Assembly (NCBI GenBank): GCA_905234755.1
Contig: CAJOIT010000002.1
Coordinates: 26,405-90,404 of the forward strand
Origin: an uncultured Bacteroidales bacterium
GTDB taxonomy: Bacteria > Bacteroidota > Bacteroidia > Bacteroidales > ML635J-15
Direction of reading: 5' to 3'
Length of the DNA: 64,000 nucleotides
Both the position numbers and the translations under genes were made by a program. Below the pieces are notes generated by a model. It was not told the DNA's origin. It made no database searches and was given only the letters and a program-made list of their open reading frames with translations. Below are positions 59,140 to 64,000 of this stretch, one piece after another (position 1 is the stretch's first letter; every line of letters starts with the position of its first letter).

Positions 59140-60111
59140 TTAAAACATCAACGAAATCACATCCTCTTTTGTTACGCCGAGGAAATAATCTTCTGGATTC
59201 ACCTTAGTAAGCAAATCGGCAACACCATCCTTTTCGTGACGCACACCAATTAATAATTTCTCAAAATCGCTGACATCGCGCTTAGCAAAGAAATCACCGT
59301 AAATCTTTGCAGCGGAGATGATTCCCTTCTCGATATTGAGATGCAACTCGACATTTCCGCCCTTTGTCCTAATCATCTTCGAGAACGAATATTTTGGAGA
59401 GTGACCGAAATTCCACTCCCATGTGGAGTATTTTTCATCACGCAACTTCTTTATTGCAACAAGATCTTCTTCCGTAAATTCGTATAGTTGACAATTTGCA
59501 CGGGTTTCCATAATATGCTTCATGATAAGGTCTGCAAACTGGAGAACCGTCATCGGCGATTTAAGATGCTCGCTAATATTTGTCACGCGCTTGCGTACCG
59601 ACTTTACGGCCTTGTCCTCGAACTTCAGCGGATTTACTTTCAATGCATTCGACATATCGGTCATGGCTGTATCGAACAACAATGTTCCATGATGCAACAT
59701 TCGACCGTTGCTTACGCATTGCGCATTGCCAGAAAACTTGCGACCATCAATCATAAGGTCATTTCTACCTTCGAAGCGAGCATCTACCCCAATTCCATTT
59801 AGCACCTCTATTATGGGCTGGGTGAAAGTGCGGAAATTGCCCTTACTGTTGCTTTCGACAAAGGTAAAATTCAAGTTCTGCAAATCGTGGAACACAGCCC
59901 CACCGCCTGTTAGACGCCGCACAACCTTAATGTTCTTTTCCTTTACATAGTCGATATTTATTTCGGCAAGCGAATTCTGGAACAGACCTACAATAATTGC
60001 AGGCTCGTTGCGCCAAAGCATGAATATATCATCAGTGAAATGCGTGAACACATATTCTTCTACCGCCATGTTGAAATAGGCATCGTTGGAGTTGTTGAAA
60101 ATACAAAGCAT
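59140..60111 (-). CDS. lplA: Lipoate-protein ligase A
   Basis: FNMAVEEY..., VVRRLTGGGAVFHDLQNLNFTF. The ORF-track start at 60117 is TTG. The ATG at 60111 is preferred. Confidence 0.85.
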   Translation of the reverse strand: MLCIFNNSNDAYFNMAVEEYVFTHFTDDIFMLWRNEPAIIVGLFQNSLAEINIDYVKEKNIKVVRRLTGGGAVFHDLQNLNFTFVESNSKGNFRTFTQPIIEVLNGIGVDARFEGRNDLMIDGRKFSGNAQCVSNGRMLHHGTLLFDTAMTDMSNALKVNPLKFEDKAVKSVRKRVTNISEHLKSPMTVLQFADLIMKHIMETRANCQLYEFTEEDLVAIKKLRDEKYSTWEWNFGHSPKYSFSKMIRTKGGNVELHLNIEKGIISAAKIYGDFFAKRDVSDFEKLLIGVRHEKDGVADLLTKVNPEDYFLGVTKEDVISLMF

Positions 60112-60146
60112 AGGCAAAAATTATTAAGTTTATAGGTTTCTGTAGC

Positions 60147-60242
60147 TGGCGCCGTTTAAATGCCTGCGGCGTTTGATGGCTTCGCCGTTTCTTGTTTTAA
60201 TGTTTCTGGTTTAAAGATTTGAAAATTTGATGATTTGAAAAT
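60147..60242 (-). repeat. 8-nt periodic array filling the spacer after the DUF4249 stop
   Basis: Minus strand from the stop reads ATTTTCAA ATCATCAA ATTTTCAA ATCTTTAA ACCAGAAA CATTAAAA CAAGAAAC. A 16-nt alternation of GC-rich and (G)TTTNNTG octads follows. Confidence 0.75.
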
Positions 60243-61214
60243 TTAAAATTTTCCTCCTATTGGCACTACGGAATCTTTACTATAAAGATAGACAGAACGG
60301 TAGTTGCAACCGTAGCCTATCCAGAAGCCTTTAGCGTCTTGTCCATCAGGGGCTATAATGTTGGTCTTTACTGTAGCAGGATTGGTAAACGGGTTGCCAT
60401 CGGTAAGATAGTTCCTGTACCAAGACTCCCAGATATTGTATGAAACATTGTCGATTGTCGATAGTTTCAACGAAACAGAATCGCCCTCACGGAAACAGAA
60501 AATGTCGCCAAGCTTATTTATAAACGAATCACGTTCCTCCTGAGTAAAGAAATTATCGTAATATGCATTGCGCTCCAAGCCCTTCACAACCATGGCAAAC
60601 GACATTTCTTCGCCATCGGCCAGCTTGTCGCTTACAATATGGTTCAAGGCATACGGACGGTAGTACATTGGTTGAAATTGATTCTTGACATGGATTGTGT
60701 AATAGTTGCTCTGGTACTTCGGATCTCGCCAGTTGATTCGCATAACGGCAAAACTATCACTCATAAAGGTCGGGAACACTGTATCTATCTTGATAGTATC
60801 GGGAATGTATGTTGACGATGTATAAGTTTTCCCCTCGTACAAAATCTTGAGGTCGTAGCGATGGTTTAGTTCCCCTTTGAACTTTGTTCCCATGAAGCAT
60901 TTGTACGGCCAACGTTGTATCGGAAGGTACTGCAAGGTGTCGGAAATGCTTCCATCCGAAACGATTACGGTAGCCTTTGTGTCGTTAATCTGCAAATCAT
61001 TTACGGCATTGGAATCTAGTTCCTGGAAATATGCTGTGCTTTTCGACAGGAAAACTACAGGATAGTCGTCAAAATCGACATATCCATCTACAACCAGACA
61101 GGGTTCCGACTGCGGCAAGTCGAGCGTAATGTCCTTGATGCACGACGAAATTGCCACCAACGACAACAACACGACAATTATCGAAATCTTAAGCAAATTT
61201 TCTCTCATCGGCAT
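60243..61214 (-). CDS. DUF4249 family lipoprotein (partner of the upstream TonB-dependent receptor)
   Basis: Lipobox LVAISSC. The size and the position immediately downstream of a CarboxypepD_reg-type receptor are typical of DUF4249. Its start overlaps the receptor stop (ATGA). Confidence 0.65.
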   Translation of the reverse strand: MPMRENLLKISIIVVLLSLVAISSCIKDITLDLPQSEPCLVVDGYVDFDDYPVVFLSKSTAYFQELDSNAVNDLQINDTKATVIVSDGSISDTLQYLPIQRWPYKCFMGTKFKGELNHRYDLKILYEGKTYTSSTYIPDTIKIDTVFPTFMSDSFAVMRINWRDPKYQSNYYTIHVKNQFQPMYYRPYALNHIVSDKLADGEEMSFAMVVKGLERNAYYDNFFTQEERDSFINKLGDIFCFREGDSVSLKLSTIDNVSYNIWESWYRNYLTDGNPFTNPATVKTNIIAPDGQDAKGFWIGYGCNYRSVYLYSKDSVVPIGGKF

Positions 61215-63625
61215 CAGAATTTAAAGTTCCATGTTATTGCTGGCAAAATAGGAATAATCGACAACTGCTTTGCAACCGTCTTGTAAGTGCCATCCTTCAC
61301 ATTTCCTGTGTTATAGACATAAATGAAATAAGGATTCTTGTGATTGTAAACATTGTAGATGGAGAAGTTGAATGACGATTCCCAATTCTTTTTCGTCTTT
61401 ATATCGTATGTTACCGAAAGGTCGAGGCGATGATAAGCAGGCATACGATACGAATTGCGTGAGCCATACACATTTACATAATCTCCATCAATCATATAGG
61501 ATGCAACCGGCAAGGTCGTGGTATTTCCTGTCGCATAAACGAAAACTGCAGATGCCGTAAGCCTTTCTGTAATCTGATAGGTGGCAGTAACGGACAGGTC
61601 GTGGCGACGGTCGTACTTGGCAGGGAAAGGTTCTCCATTGTCGATTTCGTCAAAAATCTTATTGGTTTTCGACCAAGTATAGCCAATCCAACCAGTGAAA
61701 AGCCCTACTCTTTTCTTGAAGAAAAATTCAACGCCATACGAATAGCCCTTACCGAAAATGAAATAGTTGTCGGCATTGTCGGATATGTCGTCACCTGGCA
61801 AAGCGCCGTCCATGTATTCAATCTGGTTTTTCAGTGTCTTGTAGTAAACCTCGATTGAGCCTTCAAACTTGTCGTTGAAAAGGTTCTGGAAGTATCCGAG
61901 AGCGTACTGGCTGCCCTTCTGTGGCTTCACAACATCGCTACAAGCAACCCAAAGGTCAATAGGCAAGGTAGTTGCAGAAATTGATGCCAAGTGTATGTAC
62001 TGCGAATTGCGCATGTATGATGCCTTGATTGACGAATTTTCGGTAAGCGAAACCTTGAACGATGCACGAGGCTCTATATCCCAATAGAATGCAACAGGCT
62101 GATTGTCCTTGTAACGGATTTCATCAATAGTATTCTGGTGCAATTCGTCCTTTATGTAACGAGTAAATGGTCCCACCTGAACGAAATACGAATTACGCAC
62201 ACCAATATACAGCGTGAAGCGGTCGTTTATCTTGAAATCGTCGCCAATGTAAATTCCTACTTCGTGGGCAAACTGGTTGTTATTGTTCGAGAAGTCGGAA
62301 CCAAGCGTGGTGTCGGAAATTTCGGCAGCCAGCGTATTGGGCGTAAACTTGTGATGCGTGTATTGAACGCCGAACTTCACCGTATTTTTCGGTCCTGCAA
62401 GCCAAGTGAAATCCTGCTTCAGGTTCCAGTCGTTTATTCCAGACTTCTGCTTTATGGCAAAACCGGAAGCATTTTCGTTGTTTTCTGCATTTTCGTCAAC
62501 CATAGTCAGCATCTCAACGGAAGTATTGAACTTGTAGTTAGACCAAATAAGGCTGGTATTTGAAAAGAACTTGTTGTTGAACACATGATTGTAGCGCAAG
62601 GTAACAAAGCCGTTGCCCCACGGCATATTCATGTTGAGCCCCATCTCCTTGCTTCCGAAACGGAACTTGTCGTAGCCATAGTATCCGCTGAGATAGAGGC
62701 GGTTGTTGTCGTTTATAATCCAGTTTGCCTTGGCATTTATATCGAAGAAATAGTAGCCAGAAGTCCTCAGGAGCGATGTTTTCTTTGTGAACGGACGAAT
62801 CAGAGCATCAATATAGGTTCTTCGTGCCGAAACTATGAACGAAGCCTTGTCCTTCACGATAGGTCCCTGCACCGTAAAACGCGAAGAAACAGAACCTATA
62901 CCACCTTCAAGATGATATTCCTTCATGTTGCCGTTCTTCATCGAAATGTTTAATACTGAGCTAATTCGTCCGCCATATTCGGCAGGCATACCGCCCTTGA
63001 ACATTTCCATGTCCTTTACGGCATCGGCATTGAACACCGAGAAGAACCCGAAAAGGTGCGATGCATTGTAAACGGTTGCCTCATCGAGCAGAATCAGATT
63101 CTGGTCGGGACCACCGCCACGCACATAAAAACCGGCATTACCATCGCCAGCCGACTGCACGCCAGGCATCAACTGTATGGTTTTCAGCACATCGACCTCG
63201 CCCATAAAGGCTGGCAAAGTCTTCACCGTCTCCACCGGCAGGCGCACCACGCTCATCTGACTGCTCTGCACATTGGCCTTGCGCTCGGCACTTACCACAA
63301 CTTCCTGTGTCATTATTGCAGCTGCCGACAGATGCACGGTCAGCGTTTTGTCAGCGTTCAAGTTGATGTGCAAAGTGTCGTCCTTGTAGCCTATAAATGA
63401 ATAAATTATGTCGTATTTCCCGCTTGGAAGCGTGAGCGAATAGAAGCCGTAACCGTTTGCACTTGTGCCGATTGTCTGTCCGGCAACCATTACATTGGCA
63501 CCAATCAGGTCTTCGCCAGTAGCCTTGTCCTTTATGTAGCCGCTAATCGTATATTTCTGTGCAAAGGCAAACTGCGGCAACATCATAATTGCCAGCAAGA
63601 TACAATATACACAAACACGCTTCAT
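61214..63625 (-). CDS. TonB-dependent receptor with an N-terminal carboxypeptidase-regulatory-like domain
   Basis: Signal peptide, then YTISGYIKDKATGEDLIGANVMV (CarboxypepD_reg), a plug region, and a beta-barrel ending in an aromatic residue (..ITWNFKF). Confidence 0.85.
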   Translation of the reverse strand: MKRVCVYCILLAIMMLPQFAFAQKYTISGYIKDKATGEDLIGANVMVAGQTIGTSANGYGFYSLTLPSGKYDIIYSFIGYKDDTLHINLNADKTLTVHLSAAAIMTQEVVVSAERKANVQSSQMSVVRLPVETVKTLPAFMGEVDVLKTIQLMPGVQSAGDGNAGFYVRGGGPDQNLILLDEATVYNASHLFGFFSVFNADAVKDMEMFKGGMPAEYGGRISSVLNISMKNGNMKEYHLEGGIGSVSSRFTVQGPIVKDKASFIVSARRTYIDALIRPFTKKTSLLRTSGYYFFDINAKANWIINDNNRLYLSGYYGYDKFRFGSKEMGLNMNMPWGNGFVTLRYNHVFNNKFFSNTSLIWSNYKFNTSVEMLTMVDENAENNENASGFAIKQKSGINDWNLKQDFTWLAGPKNTVKFGVQYTHHKFTPNTLAAEISDTTLGSDFSNNNNQFAHEVGIYIGDDFKINDRFTLYIGVRNSYFVQVGPFTRYIKDELHQNTIDEIRYKDNQPVAFYWDIEPRASFKVSLTENSSIKASYMRNSQYIHLASISATTLPIDLWVACSDVVKPQKGSQYALGYFQNLFNDKFEGSIEVYYKTLKNQIEYMDGALPGDDISDNADNYFIFGKGYSYGVEFFFKKRVGLFTGWIGYTWSKTNKIFDEIDNGEPFPAKYDRRHDLSVTATYQITERLTASAVFVYATGNTTTLPVASYMIDGDYVNVYGSRNSYRMPAYHRLDLSVTYDIKTKKNWESSFNFSIYNVYNHKNPYFIYVYNTGNVKDGTYKTVAKQLSIIPILPAITWNFKF

Positions 63626-63645
63626 CTCCTAGTTGAATTGGACTG

Positions 63646-63653
63646 CAAAACTA
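63646..63653 (-). promoter_or_regulatory. -7 box TAGTTTTG for the receptor operon
   Basis: TAnnTTTG match on the minus strand, 20 nt upstream of the ATG at 63625. Confidence 0.5.
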
Positions 63654-63724
63654 AAAAAATATATTGTACAGCACGGATGTTTATGAGAATTTTATATAAA
63701 AATTTCCCATTTCATAAAAGTCGG

Positions 63725-64000
63725 CTACTTACGCCTTCTTTTCAGCACATGCTTAAGAATAGTAAGCGTATGTATCTCATTGATAATAAGAATACCAAAT
63801 GCAATAGCGAGTGTCACCTTCAATGCAGTAAAACCGCTAGCAGCTGCAGCAGCGAACTGGTCTGCAACAATGTTGTAAGCCGTCCAGAAAATACCAGCAC
63901 CAGGAACAAGCGGGAAAATCCCACAAATTAGGAATACCGCCACAGGGCATTTCCTTATTATAGAAAACATTGTCGATACGAATGCAACCAAAGCAGTTGA
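63725..64000 (-). CDS. Threonine/serine exporter family (ThrE C-terminal / DUF3815-like) membrane protein, 5' end beyond the window
   Basis: The frame is open to the window edge. TM-rich sequence with GIFPLVPGAGIFW. Confidence 0.6.
   Translation of the reverse strand, partial: STALVAFVSTMFSIIRKCPVAVFLICGIFPLVPGAGIFWTAYNIVADQFAAAAASGFTALKVTLAIAFGILIINEIHTLTILKHVLKRRRK

Overview
64-kb chromosomal window from a Bacteroidota genome. Evidence: TAnnTTTG -7 promoter boxes, T9SS C-terminal sorting domains, and DUF1573, DUF4249 and CarboxypepD_reg-type TonB receptor genes. The order cannot be fixed from sequence alone. I count about 31 protein genes and one tRNA-Asn(GTT). The flanks are housekeeping genes: class I/II aminotransferase, glucosaminidase-LysM, ROK kinase, LtaS-like transferase, exbB-exbD-tonB plus a CXXC-less TlpA-like lipoprotein, lon-U32-methyltransferase (coupled by TAATG overlaps), S9 peptidase, acyl-CoA ligase, C69 dipeptidase, LysM/SLT-like protein, rsfS-ftsH-cdsA, M14 peptidase, lplA, and a TonB-dependent receptor with DUF4249. 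The centre (19.2-47.9 kb, about 43% of the window) is two same-strand giant genes of 4,472 and about 4,777 codons. Both encode modular surface proteins with no enzyme domain I can recognise. The first is SprB-like and ends in a type B (CHU_C) T9SS sorting domain. The second is built from FN3, jelly-roll and B-repeat modules and ends in a type A (Por_Secre_tail) domain. A 202-aa secreted ORF is tightly coupled upstream of the first giant gene, and an orphan WYL regulator sits beside it. This locus is my best candidate for an undescribed system, but every domain call comes from motif recognition by eye, not from HMM searches. A second theme is intergenic structure. Many spacers consist of phase-perfect 7- or 8-nt degenerate tandem arrays that start at or within about 10 nt of stop codons. 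There is also a GC-rich palindrome family with compensatory arm changes. Related arrays bracket giant gene 2 (inverted) and the M14 gene (direct). I saw no CRISPR array, transposase, integrase or rRNA. Where the ORF track began at TTG, I moved the start to a nearby ATG when a signal peptide or overlap logic supported it.
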